The position numbers were made by a program, and so were the translations under genes. A DNA stretch of 63,923 bases, counting the filler, from Reclinomonas americana ATCC 50394 (taxonomy: Eukaryota): NCBI GenBank assembly GCA_048213135.1. It is 16 parts of 16 records of this genome, joined end to end, with 100 filler letters (N's around TTAATTAATTAA, not from the genome) between each part and the next. Parts side by side here need not be neighbours in the genome. Positions count along the whole stretch, not along the records: positions 30,324 to 37,946 come from AFZH01020626.1; positions 38,047 to 39,764 come from AFZH01020627.1; positions 39,865 to 41,117 come from AFZH01020628.1; positions 41,218 to 43,203 come from AFZH01020629.1; positions 43,304 to 47,118 come from AFZH01020630.1; 11 more parts are not named here. One strand, written 5' to 3'. The notes beneath the pieces were generated by a model. That model was not told where the DNA came from, did not search any database, and saw nothing but the letters and a program-made list of their open reading frames with translations. This document shows, in pieces, positions 35,401 through 46,588 of the stretch; the first letter of the stretch is position 1, and the number at the start of each line of letters is the position of its first letter.

Positions 35401-37474
35401 CATTCGCGGCTGCAAAATGCATAGCTGTGCAGCGTGAATGCCTCGCACTGTCGTTTGTGACCGCCCACACCATCTCCGGTGGACATCGTCGCTCATCGGC
35501 AAGCAACCACTCCACAACGTGAAGTCGCCCCCAGCTGGCAGACGTCATGAGCGAAGTCCAGCCGCCATCAGTGACTAATCGCGCGAGTTGTGGCCCCACG
35601 CCACTCTCTTCCCACAAATACGTCAACACAAGGAGGTGACCTCTGTAAGCGGCCCAGTAAAACGACGAGCCGCCGCCATCGCCCATCTCCTCTCTGCGCA
35701 GCAGAACATGCGCGCCCTCGCGCGCCACCAAGCCGCGAAGCGCCTCCACGTCTCCATCTCCTGCCATTTCGCACGCCTTCTTCCTCTGCTGCTGAGGAAG
35801 AGAGCTTGCGGTACCGGGGGCTACATTGGCGACTGCTACACACGAGAATAATAAATGAGAACTTCGCATAGTACGAAACTAGCACAACAGATGCACATAA
35901 AGGAACTGGGATAGCATCAACACGCACCTCCAGATTGCATTTGTTGTGATAACTGTTCCACTTCATGTGGAAGCGACTGTGGAGCAAGGAGTTCAATTAA
36001 TTCGGCCACTCGTTGAATGCCAAATTCTCGTGTCCACTGGGATGCCGTTTTGCCAGCCTTATTAGCCATCGGGATGAGGTCTGGAAAGCGAGCGGCGAGA
36101 AGCTGTACAATGGCCTCATGCCCCCAAATAGCAGCATAATGTAACACAGTGGATTGAGGATGGTTGGAGCGACCATTGGTGACAGCGAGCACCATTTCCG
36201 GCGGACATCGTCGTCCATCGGCAAGCATCCACCCCACCACCTGCAGATGCCCGTTGCTTGCTGCAATCATAAGTGGTGTCGTATTCCAATCGGATACCAT
36301 CAGAGCAAGTTGTGACCCCACACCACTCTCCTCCCACAAATACTCCAACACGGGCAGATGGCCTTTCCACGCAGCACAGTAATATGCAGAACAGCCGAGC
36401 TCGTCCATCTCTTCTCTCTTCAGTAAAACGCGCGCGCCCTCGTGCGCCGTCAACTCGCGCAATCCCCTGACGTCACCGTCAAGAGCTACTTGCCACGCTG
36501 CCTTCCGACGTTGCGGCGGCGGAGACCTTGCTGCAAGCGTGGAGAAACAATTACGTATACAACACACCTTGATTGGACTTTGCACTTCAGAACGACGCAC
36601 CTTCTAGTAGAAGCGACTGTGGAGACAGAACGAAACCTGGCTGTGGCTGTTGTTGACGTGGTGGTAATGACTGTGCCGCGCGGATGGCGAGCACGTCGGC
36701 CGCATGTCCGTTGCCGATGTTTCGTGCCCACTCAGCCGCCGTCATGCCAACCTTGTTGACAATGGGAATGAGGTGGGGGAAGCGAGTGGCGAGGATTCGC
36801 ACAATGGCTACGTGGCCGTTCATCGCAGCATAATGAAGCGCAGTGGAATGTGGATTGCCGTCTCGATCATTTGTAACCGCCCGCACCATCGCCGTCGGAC
36901 ATCGTCGCTCATCAGCCAGCAGCCACTCCACCACTTGCAAATGCCCATTATTGGCAGCCGCTATCAGCGGCGTCCAGCCAGAGTCGGTGACCATTTGCGC
37001 GAGTTGTGGCCCGACACCACTTCCCTCCCACAGATACTCCAACACGGAGAGATGTCCTTCGCGAGCGGCAAAACAGAATGCCGAGCTTCCATTCACATCC
37101 ATTTCCTCCCTGAGCAGCAGAGTCTGTGCGCCCTCACTCGCCACCAACTCGCGCAGCGCCTTCACATCTGGAACCCAAGCCAAGTACCACGCCTTCTGTC
37201 TCTGATGTGCTGGCGGAGGCAGTGGCGGCAATGGGAGTGGCAGTGGCACTAGCGGCGGCGGTGGTGGTGGTGGTGGCGGTGGTGGCGGTGGAGGAGGAGG
37301 AGGCGGTAAAGCACTGAGCACATCACAGAAAAACTCAGACGCACAGCACAGCACAATGTCCATTTTTCATCAGACAGACCTGTCGTCTTCACCGCCGCCC
37401 GCTGCGCCATCTTGCGCGGCATCCACCCTCTGCACGAAGAAATAGTTCACGGCACTGTGAAACGCGGAACCCAT
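32404..37474 (-). CDS. Ankyrin-repeat (three tandem modules) / coiled-coil / HEPN (DZIP3-like, RxxxxH) / TKL-like protein kinase fusion
   Basis: In-frame GT-AG splicing from ATG 37474 (MGSAFHS...) to TAG 32404: poly-P, three ankyrin exons, a coiled coil, MDVSLLSTLLLY...AVENLRHVRHRVSH...YVSVMRLVRDSL, then kinase VAYK, HPHIVKL, HRDLKPQN, DFG, GTAAYAAPE, DVYGLG, LIRQCW. Confidence 0.82.
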
Positions 37475-37588
37475 TGCGCGCTCGGAACACAAAGACTATC
37501 TGACAGGACAATCCATGCAGTGACTCATCGCACGCAGACGTTGTATTGACTCTTCAGCCAAGGCACGTCTCTACTCTCCCCCTGCACA

Positions 37589-39643
37589 ATGCCAAAGAAA
37601 GGAAAGAAGGGAAAGGTGCGTCTTACTCTCTCCTCCTTCTCCGCTCCCCCTCTCACTCTTCTTCACAGGGCAAGAAGGCCAAGGAGGTCGAGGTGTACAA
37701 CTCGCCCTTCCTGCTCCCACCCGGACTGGACGAGGCCAAAGCGCTGTTTGAGACAGCGGAGCGCATTGTGACACTGCATCTGCGATTGGTCACGGTGAGA
37801 GAGAAGGAGAGAAGAGGGAGAGAGAGAGAGAGGAGGGCAAAGGGAGAGGATAAGAGAGCAAGAGAGAGAAGGGTACCAGGAGAGAGCGCAGGGCGATGGG
37901 GCTGAGATGAAGGGACAATCATCCTGTGAATGATCGCGATCAAGGCNNNNNNNNNNNNNNNNNNNNNNNNNNNNNNNNNNNNNNNNNNNNTTAATTAATT
38001 AANNNNNNNNNNNNNNNNNNNNNNNNNNNNNNNNNNNNNNNNNNNNCATAGAGAGAGAGAGAGAGAGAGTAAGGCAGGGAGAGTGAACATCACAACGAGG
38101 GACACATCTTAGAACTGCGAGATCACCTTCTGCTGATTGCGACTTTCCCTGTCCCTCACCCACCCTCCCCCTCTCACCCAGTGGCACTTCCTCGACTTCG
38201 ACGCCTTCCTCCCCGTCAGCGCCAACCTCCGCGTCGTGCAAGAAATCATCTCACAACACCACTCGGGCGCCGTCGGCCAAATGACGCTGTGGAAGGCGCA
38301 GGTGCACCCGAAGAACGTGCTCAAGGATCACTTGCGCACCCTGGAGGACATTTTTAAGTTCTCCGAGCAGTCGTCTGGAGGTGAGTCGGGAAGGGGGGGA
38401 GGAAGGGGGAAAGGGAGAGGGAAACGGAGAGCGATAGGGGAAGAGATGTGGAGAGTTATCGTCGAGCAAGGGTAGAGGGTGGAGGGAGACACTGATCACA
38501 CGCACACACCGATCAAGGGTTGAGGGGTGGAGAGAGACACTGATTGCACGCACACACCGATCAAGGGTCAAGGGGTGGAGAGAGACACTGATTGCACACA
38601 CACATCGATCAACGGTCGAGGGGTGGAGTGAGAAACTGATCACACGCACACATCGATCAAGGGTAGAGGGTGGAGGAAAGACACTGATTGCACACTGACC
38701 AAGGGATAAGAGTGGAGAGACATTGATTGCACACGCGCACACCGATCTTTATCGCTTTTCGTGGGTCGTCCCTAAAATATTTTGGGCTTTCAACCCTTGA
38801 TGTCGAGGGTTGAATCGAGAGGGTCGAGGGTCCATTCCCGAGGGTTGAGGGTCGTTCCTTGGGGGTCACGGGTTGCTGTCTACTTCTCATCTTCACCAAC
38901 GACACGCAATTCGGTCAATGGCGCACAAGGGTGAAAGGGGAATAGACCACGCAGGGTTGAGGCTGGAGGAAGAGTTGAGATTCGATGGAGACACAAGTCG
39001 CATGCACGTCTATCTTCTTCTCATTCCGTGGGCCGTCCCTAAAATATTTTCCTATTTAACCCTTGCTGTCGAGGGTTGAATCGAGAGGGTCGATGGTCAT
39101 GGTCAGAGGGTTGAGGGTCTTTCCTTCGGGGTCAAGGGTTCTGTCTGTTTCCCATCTTCACCAACTACACGCACTTTGGCTGATAGTACACGAAGCACAG
39201 ACCACGCAGGGTTGAGATTGGTGGAAAGGAAGAGTTGAGGTTGGATGGAGACGCAAGTCACACGCACATCTATCTGTATTGCTTTCCGTGGGCCGTCCCT
39301 AAAATATTTTGGCCTTTCAACCCTTGCTGTCGAGGGTTGAAGACAGAGGGTCAAGGGTTATGGTCAGAGGGTTGAGGGTCTTGCCTTGAGGGTCGGGGGT
39401 TGCTGCCCTTTGTGAGGATTGAGGGAGAGATTGGTCCGTAAACATTTTATTACACTGTTGCCTCACCGCCGCCGCCTCTGCAGACGAGATGCCGGAGAAA
39501 CTCGAGTGCACCATCTTTTACGACTTCCAGCCCGTGGCACCCGACTGTCCACTGCTGCTGTCAAGGTACACTGCGCAAACGGCTCTGCAAGCTGACTTTC
39601 TCTTTCCTGTTCAACTGCCCTGCATTCATTCTTTTTCAGGCTG
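37589..39643 (+). CDS. Small protein with Lys-rich N-terminus and possible ubiquitin-like fold, multi-exon
   Basis: MPKKGKKGK|GKKAKE...VTLHLRLVT|WHFLDF...IISQHHSGAVGQMTLWK...PKNVL...|...TIFYDFQPVAPDCPLLL. The fold is inferred and the 3' end is uncertain. Confidence 0.55.
38470..39400. repeat. Intronic tandem repeats (~48 bp x6, then ~265 bp x3) rich in GAGGGT
   Basis: GGGTGGAGAGAGACACTGATTGCACGCACACACCGATCAAGGGT units, then GTGGGYCGTCCCTAAAATATTT near 38761, 39028 and 39288. Confidence 0.8.
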
Positions 39644-39879
39644 AGATCTCCGTTCAGCTCCCCTCTCTTCTCCTCTTTTTGTCTCTCGCCCTCTCTTCCT
39701 CCCTCCTAAAAGCCTGTATTTGTCACTCACGACCCAACCCTTCACGTTCACAAGCATTATTTCTNNNNNNNNNNNNNNNNNNNNNNNNNNNNNNNNNNNN
39801 NNNNNNNNTTAATTAATTAANNNNNNNNNNNNNNNNNNNNNNNNNNNNNNNNNNNNNNNNNNNNGTCGTCTCTCTCGTC

Positions 39880-39939
<60 letters not shown>

Positions 39940-40180
39940 GCGGTCTATCTGTGTGTGTTTTTTTCTCGTGCCCTTGTCACTCGCAATCCTCTCGTCATCT
40001 TCTCCATTGCTCTGTCCTTCCTCTTCTGTCTCTCTTGCGTCACTCGCTTTCTTGTTCTCTCTCATCGCATTTTCGCTCTCCGCACATCTGCTCCTCTTCA
40101 ATCTTCACTTCCCCTCCTCCCCTCTCTTTTCCCTCACTCCTCCCTCCCCTTCCTCCCCTCCACAGTCCCCGCATCGCCAG

Positions 40181-40376
40181 CCAACAAAAAGAAGAAGAAC
40201 AACAACCCGCCAAGAAGGGCCGCGCACGTGGCGCCACCGTCAAATCCGCCCCCGGCGGCAAGAAGGGTGAGAGCGCCGACGCCGCCGCTGCCTCTGCCGC
40301 CGCCGCCGCTGCCACGACGACCACCACCGCCACTGCAGATTCGTCGGGGGATGCCGCCGGCGCCTCGGCACCATGA
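40181..40376 (+). CDS. Terminal exon of an unidentified gene
   Basis: Pyrimidine tract plus CAG, then coding-like QQKEEEQQPAKKGRARGATVKSAPGGKKGESAD...SAP*. Confidence 0.35.
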
Positions 40377-40489
40377 GTCGATCTCGAAAAAGAGGGTGAT
40401 GAAGAGCACTGTAAAGAAAACGATTGTGAAGAAAGAAGAGCGGGAGGCACGCAAAGAAAGGAGAGAAGAGAGAGGGGGGACTGAGAGCG

Positions 40490-40805
40490 AGGCACGGAAG
40501 GAAGGAGAGGGAGAGAGGGAGCACCTTTGCTGCACTTGCGTACATACTTGCCTCTGCAGAGAGAGAAGTGAGAGAGGGATGCACGGAATTAAGGACAGGA
40601 AAAGAGGGAGCACCTTCGCTGCACTGCGCACATACTTTCTTCTGCAGAGAGAAAGGAAGGACAGGAAGGAAGGAGAGGGAGAGAGGGAGCACCTTCGCTG
40701 CACTTGCGCACATACCTTCCTCTGCAGAGAGAGAGGTGAGAAAAGTAGGCACGGAGAAGGACAGGGAGAGAGGGAGCACCTTCGCTGCACTTGCGCGCAT
40801 ACTTT
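40490..40805. repeat. ~80-90-bp tandem repeat x4
   Basis: GAGAGGGAGCACCTTYGCTGCACT(T)GCGYRCATAC repeated four times. Confidence 0.8.
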
Positions 40806-41235
40806 CTCCGCAATCGAGTGTTTGCGTTGCAAGTCGAATCTCATTGTGCCGAATTTCTCTTTCCTTCATCCCTCTCTCACTCTCTCACATACCTCAACAT
40901 TTCTTCACAAGGCCACACTCAGAAAACCGACACCAGCATGTTCGCAACTTCGAACACTCTCCTCTCTTCTCTCTCCTATCCTTGTCTCACTCTCTCACAC
41001 ACACAGTCGCCTCTCTCTCTCCATCTCTCACCCACAGTCACGTCTCACCTAAACACTTCTCCACAAGGAAACACAAGGCAGCGCGTGCACGTGTCAGCAT
41101 GTTCGCAAAGTCGAATTNNNNNNNNNNNNNNNNNNNNNNNNNNNNNNNNNNNNNNNNNNNNTTAATTAATTAANNNNNNNNNNNNNNNNNNNNNNNNNNN
41201 NNNNNNNNNNNNNNNNNAACAACTAACTACTACTA

Positions 41236-41349
<114 letters not shown>

Positions 41350-41593
41350 CATGTACGCGAAGCCTTGCGGACCCGCGCAGGTACACACTCTCACTAATCT
41401 CTTTGTGTGTGTGTGAGAGAAAAAGTGAGTGAAAGAGAGTGTGTCTCTGTGCAGCTCTCTCTTCTCCTCTCTGTGAATGTGTGTGTGTGAGAGTGTGTAT
41501 CAGTGCTCTCTCTCTCTGTGCATTCATGTGTATCTTTGCAGCTCTCTTCCCCTTCTCCTCTCTCTCTTTGCCTCTCTTACTCTCCCTCCACAG

Positions 41594-42686
41594 CGCCTCA
41601 CCGCCAGCCACGTGGACCTCCTCTGCCCCCCACTCGAGTCTCGCTACCTAGTCACGTCCACCCCTCCTCCTCACACGCACACACTCTCCCCCTTCTCACC
41701 CTTCACACACACAGTCATACCGCTCCTTCCGAGTCGACCACCTCAACCCCTCCGACACCTTCGCCATTCCCTCTCACACCCTCGCCACCTCACACCGCAC
41801 CTCCCGACGCAACAACACACTGACCGCACTCACGCAGCACCTAATCGCCACAGCCTCCGACCATAACCACACCTTATCGCTGCTCACACGCAGTGGACGC
41901 GCAGTGGAGTCATTGCCTGTGCCGGAGCACGAACGCGTCCGTGGGATTGTAGCTGCAGGCGATGGGATGTTGACTGTGTATGGACTCCATCATGCACGTG
42001 TATGGCATGAAAACGGCATGAAACGGCGACTACTGTGGGATGTCTCGCTGGAGTCGACTGTGGTGGATGCGGCGAGTGGAAATGGGGCGGTTGCGGTGCT
42101 GTTGGCGACGGGGGAGGTGGTGTGGTGGTGGAATGGCGAGGAGGTGTGGCGTGTGCAGAGTGAGCTGAGGGCGTGCTGCTCGTGTGCGTTTGGCGCGCTG
42201 CCGTTGAGTTTGTTGGTGGCGGGTGAGGCGGGCGTGTCGCTGGTTGATTTCAGAGTTGCGCCTTCTTGATTTCTCTCCTTTTTTTGCTTTCTTGGTTGAT
42301 GACTTGTGTGATTGTAGAGTTTTCAAAGTCATGGTGTGTTCTCGTCGCGTGTGTTGAGCACGGGTCCGGTGCTGGCCATGGTACCGGCTGGTGCGGCGCG
42401 CGAGTTTCGGTTTATTGTGGTCACAGAGGTGGCGGTGGTGCTGATGGATCAGAGGTGCGTGTTTTTTTTAAAGGGTCTTCTCGAAATGACATGCCTCCAC
42501 TTTGTCTTGTTTCTCTGTCTCTCGCTCTCCCTTGTCTCGCTCTCGACTCTCTCTCTCTCTCTCTCTCTCTCTGACACGCGTACTCTCTGTCTTTCTTTGC
42601 ATTCTCCATTTCCTTTGATTCTCGACCTGGTTCGTTCACGTCATCCAATCATCTTTCTCTCTTCCTCCCTCCCTCCCTCCTCTCTC

Positions 42687-42742
<56 letters not shown>

Positions 42743-43168
42743 CTTTCTTTTCTTTCTCCATGTCCTTTGATTCTCGACCTGGTTCATTCACATCATCCAA
42801 TCATCTTTCTCTCTCCCTCCCTCCCTCCCTCCCTCCCTCTCTCTGGTCCGTTCACTCTATTCTGTGTCTTTTTCTCTCTTTTCTTCTCTCACCTTCCGTT
42901 GTTCTCTATCCTTCGTATCTCGTCTTCCGTGGATTGCTTCCTGCACGTATCACTCTCTCTCGCTCCCTCTCTCTCTCTCTCTCTCTCTGGTCCGTTCACT
43001 CTATGCTGTGTCTTTTTATCTGTCCTTCTCTCGTTCTCTTCCTCTTGTCGGTCATCTGTCTCTCTCCTTCGTGACTCGCCTCCTGTAGAGCTCTTCCTGG
43101 GCGTATCACTCAGTCTTGCTTCTCTCTCTTTCTCTCTCCTTCGTCTCTCCTCGCGTTGCATTCCCGCT

Positions 43169-43203
<35 letters not shown>

Positions 43204-46200
43204 NNNNNNNNNNNNNNNNNNNNNNNNNNNNNNNNNNNNNNNNNNNNTTAATTAATTAANNNNNNNNNNNNNNNNNNNNNNNNNNNNNNNNNNNNNNNNN
43301 NNNGACAGCGGCCGGTGACCGTCGAGGGCATGGATGTCTTGCAAGGCGGCGGCGACAAAGATGGCAGTGGTCGATGGTGGACCTTTGAGGCCACGTCGGC
43401 CGGCGATGTGATAAAAAGGGTGCGTAGTAATAATCAATGGAGCTGGGACGAGGTGGCGGGGTCGCTGACTGTATTTTCGTGCAGGAGTGGCGCTTTGCCG
43501 ACGAGGCGGAGGCGGATGAGGAGAAGAGGGGGACGAGAGGCTCGGTGTCGGCGTTTGCGCCGGAGATGTGGTTGGCGTTGGGTGGGCGGTTGCCGGAGTT
43601 GGGTGTGATCAGGGAGGTGCGGGCGACGACTGATTTTTCGGCGGTGGCGAGAGGTGCGTGAGAGGGGGAAAGGGGGGGGAAGGGGTGAAAGGGGAAGGGA
43701 GGGAAGGGGGAAGGGGGAAAGGGGAGGAGTGAGGGAGAGGGAGTGGGCAGGGTGGAGAATGGGAGAGAGAAGAGGAAAGGTGTGTGAGAAGGAGAGAAGG
43801 AATGCATGGAGATCTTCGCAGACGAGCATCGGCACTGTTGGTAAAGTAGCTGAGCTGGGGGAAGCACATATTTGAAGCACAACATGATAATGCCTTGCTT
43901 CTTTCTCACCTTTCTACTTTGTTTCGTTTGGATGCTTGTCAGCCAGTGACATTTCTATTTTTTTCTGGAGGTGCTTTTCTTCCTTTCCATCTCTTCACCT
44001 CTCTCTCCTTGTAGTCTTGTCTTTTCCGCGTTTGTCTCTCACACACACTCACTCTGTTGTCTCTTTCCCCCCCTCCCTAAGTCTCCTCAATTCTTATCAG
44101 CTTTCTGTCTCTGCTGCTTTTGTTGCCGCTCCCTCTTGTCCCCCTGTGTCTCCACTATTCTCACACTTCTCTTCTCCTTGTTTTCCTCACCTGCATTATT
44201 CTCTCCAGTCTTACTTTTCCCCCATTTTTCTCTCTTGTCTCTTTTATTTCCCCTCCCTAAGTCTCCTCAATGCTCCTCTCTTCGCTGCTTTCGTTGCCGC
44301 TCCCTCTTGTCTCCCCCTGTCTCCTCTCTTCTCTCATCTCTCGTCCTTCCTCCTTGTTTTGCTCAGTCGTGTCTCGCTCTCCTCTCTCTCTGCTCGCAAT
44401 TCTTCCTATCGTGCTTTCTCCTTTCATCTCTTTCTCAGTTCCACTTCTCTCCTTCGTACCTCCACCCTCATGATCCCCACTTTTTTCTTTCTTCTCTCTT
44501 ATTTCACCACCGTCTATTCTCCTCTCCTCCCGATCTCGTTGCCCCTCTTCTCATCTCTCCTCGGCCTTCACTTCTCGTGATTATTCTTTTTGCTCTCTCT
44601 TTCTACTCGTTTCGCGGCCTCCCTCCTCTCCATACTGTTCCCCTCTCTCTCCTCCTCTAACCTCCACCCCCTCAGTTCCATATTTCTGTTCCTCTTTTCC
44701 TCTCTGTTTCCTATGTTTCCAGTCCCCTCTCCTCTCCCCTGTGCATCTCCCTTTTCTCCTTGTCCCCCTTTCCCTCCCCGCCACTCACCCTTTCCCCCTC
44801 TTCCCTCTCCCCCCTCCCGTCTTTCCCTCGCAGACCTGATGCACAGCGAATGGAGCGTCGACGACGTCAAGCTCCAACTGCAGCGCCTGTCACGCGCCGA
44901 TCTGGACGAAATCCTCAAGCAGCCACGCGCGTGGTTCGTCACTCGTCGACTTCTGCCCTTCTTCATCGACCCTCACCGTCAATCGCAGTGATCAAATGGC
45001 CAGTGCGCTGCGCGCCAAAGTCACCCCGCATGTCTGCCAGCGACTGGTGCTGGAGGCACTGGCGGAGCACGTGGAAGCGGAGGAGCAGCGTGAGGAGGCT
45101 GCCGATGTGCGGCAACCACCACGCGGCGTGGTGCACAGCGTGCGGGAGCACTTGCGGGAGTTGTATCCGCGACTGTATCGCTCGCAGAGTTGCGGTGTGG
45201 GGGGTGCTGTTTGTTGCACACGGAGCAAAGCTTACATTGCGTGCCAGACCTGCTGCTGGCCTCGATCAAGCACGTCAGGTGGCCGGGACAGACGCGCGGT
45301 GTGGCGCTGGCCTGTTGGTGCTGGAGGTTTACGGGGGCGGAGCCGGAGGTGCAGGTAGGGAGGGAAGAGTGGAGGGAAGAGTGGAGGGAAGAGTGGAGGG
45401 AAGAGTGGAGGGTGGGGAGACAGTTTGTCTTGCTGCTCTCTCTCCCTCATGCGAAGTGTGGACGTTAGAGGAGAAAGAGCACATGCCATGCTCATCTCAC
45501 CTCTCGCCTGTTGCAACTCTCCTCTCACATCCCTTTCCCCTCATCCTTCGCCTTCATGCAACTCTCCCCTGACATCACTTTTGCTCTTCGTCTCTCGCCT
45601 TCTTGCTCATATTCCTCTCTCCTTAATTGTGACTCTCCACCCTCGCCTCTCGATGGTGAGGAAGAAAAGGATTGCTGAAAGAACAGATTAATGGAGGGGG
45701 CATGGTAACCTTTCGACCCTCACCTATTTTCCCCCCTCACCCTCACCCTTTCCCTCTCACCCCTTTCCCATTTCCCTTCCCCTTCTTTGTGCAGTCGTTC
45801 CCCTCCCACCGCCCGCCCTTCTTCATCCTCACCAGCGACCGCTTCCTCAACGACCTCTCCGTCGCCGCCAACAACACCTCCGCGCGCGCCAAGCTTCTCC
45901 ACACCCTCGCCCGCGCCTTCCCACCCCTGCGCGCCGTGGGCGACTCGCGCGACCTGGCCGACGTGCCGATGCTGCCTGACGACGTGGACGCGGATGTGGA
46001 AACGTACGAGGAGTTGGTGCGCGACTTGCCCGAGTTCGGCTGCAAGTGGCGCGACGACTACGTCGGCGACTTGCTCTTTGACGATGTGCACGACGCGTGG
46101 AACGAGGGCGACGTGAACGAGGCACTGTCGCGCGACGTGCTCAAGGAGACGCCGCTGGACGAGGTGTCGGCGGCGTTCCTCGTGCACCACTTGCGGCATC

Positions 46201-46588
46201 GGAGGAAGCCAAAAGGGAAGAGGCGGTCCAAGTCGACAAAGAAAACGACGACGCCGACGTCGACAACGAAGAAGGAGAAGAAAGAAAGTAAGAAGAAGAG
46301 CGCCAAGACGGAAGAGGAGGTGGAGGAGGAGGAGGAGAAGGCCAGTCGAGCGAGCTCGCCCGGATCGCGGTCGTCGGCGAGCAGCAGTGGATGGGAGTCG
46401 GATATGCAGGTGTGTGTGTGTGGTGGGAGGAGAAGGGGGGAGTCTGCGGGCTGATACTCATCATGGGCGAGCAGAGCATGCGCAGTGCCAGCAGTTCCAA
46501 TTTGACGCCCATGGCGAGTGGCAGTGCAGCTGCAGGAGGTGGAATGTTCTCGTCGCTGCTCAAGTCGCTGAGTCAGTCGGGCAAGTGA
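41594..46588 (+). CDS. TAF1C/Rrn6-like RNA polymerase I core-factor subunit (beta-propeller), partial, across gap
   Basis: CAFGALPLSLLVAGEAGVSLVDFR, FIVVTEVAVVLMDQR and TVEGMDVL...WWTFEATSAGDV parallel the TAF1C motifs ADFTAHPRVLTVGDRTGVKMLD, LVCTQFSLYLVDER and LFQLSAAGDV (recalled from memory). K/E/S-rich tail. Confidence 0.55.

Noticed and set aside
35141..37363. Three separate ankyrin genes, as the ORF track suggests
   Set aside because: Each ORF is bounded by phase-compatible AG/GT sites that join them in frame with the downstream coiled-coil, HEPN and kinase exons.
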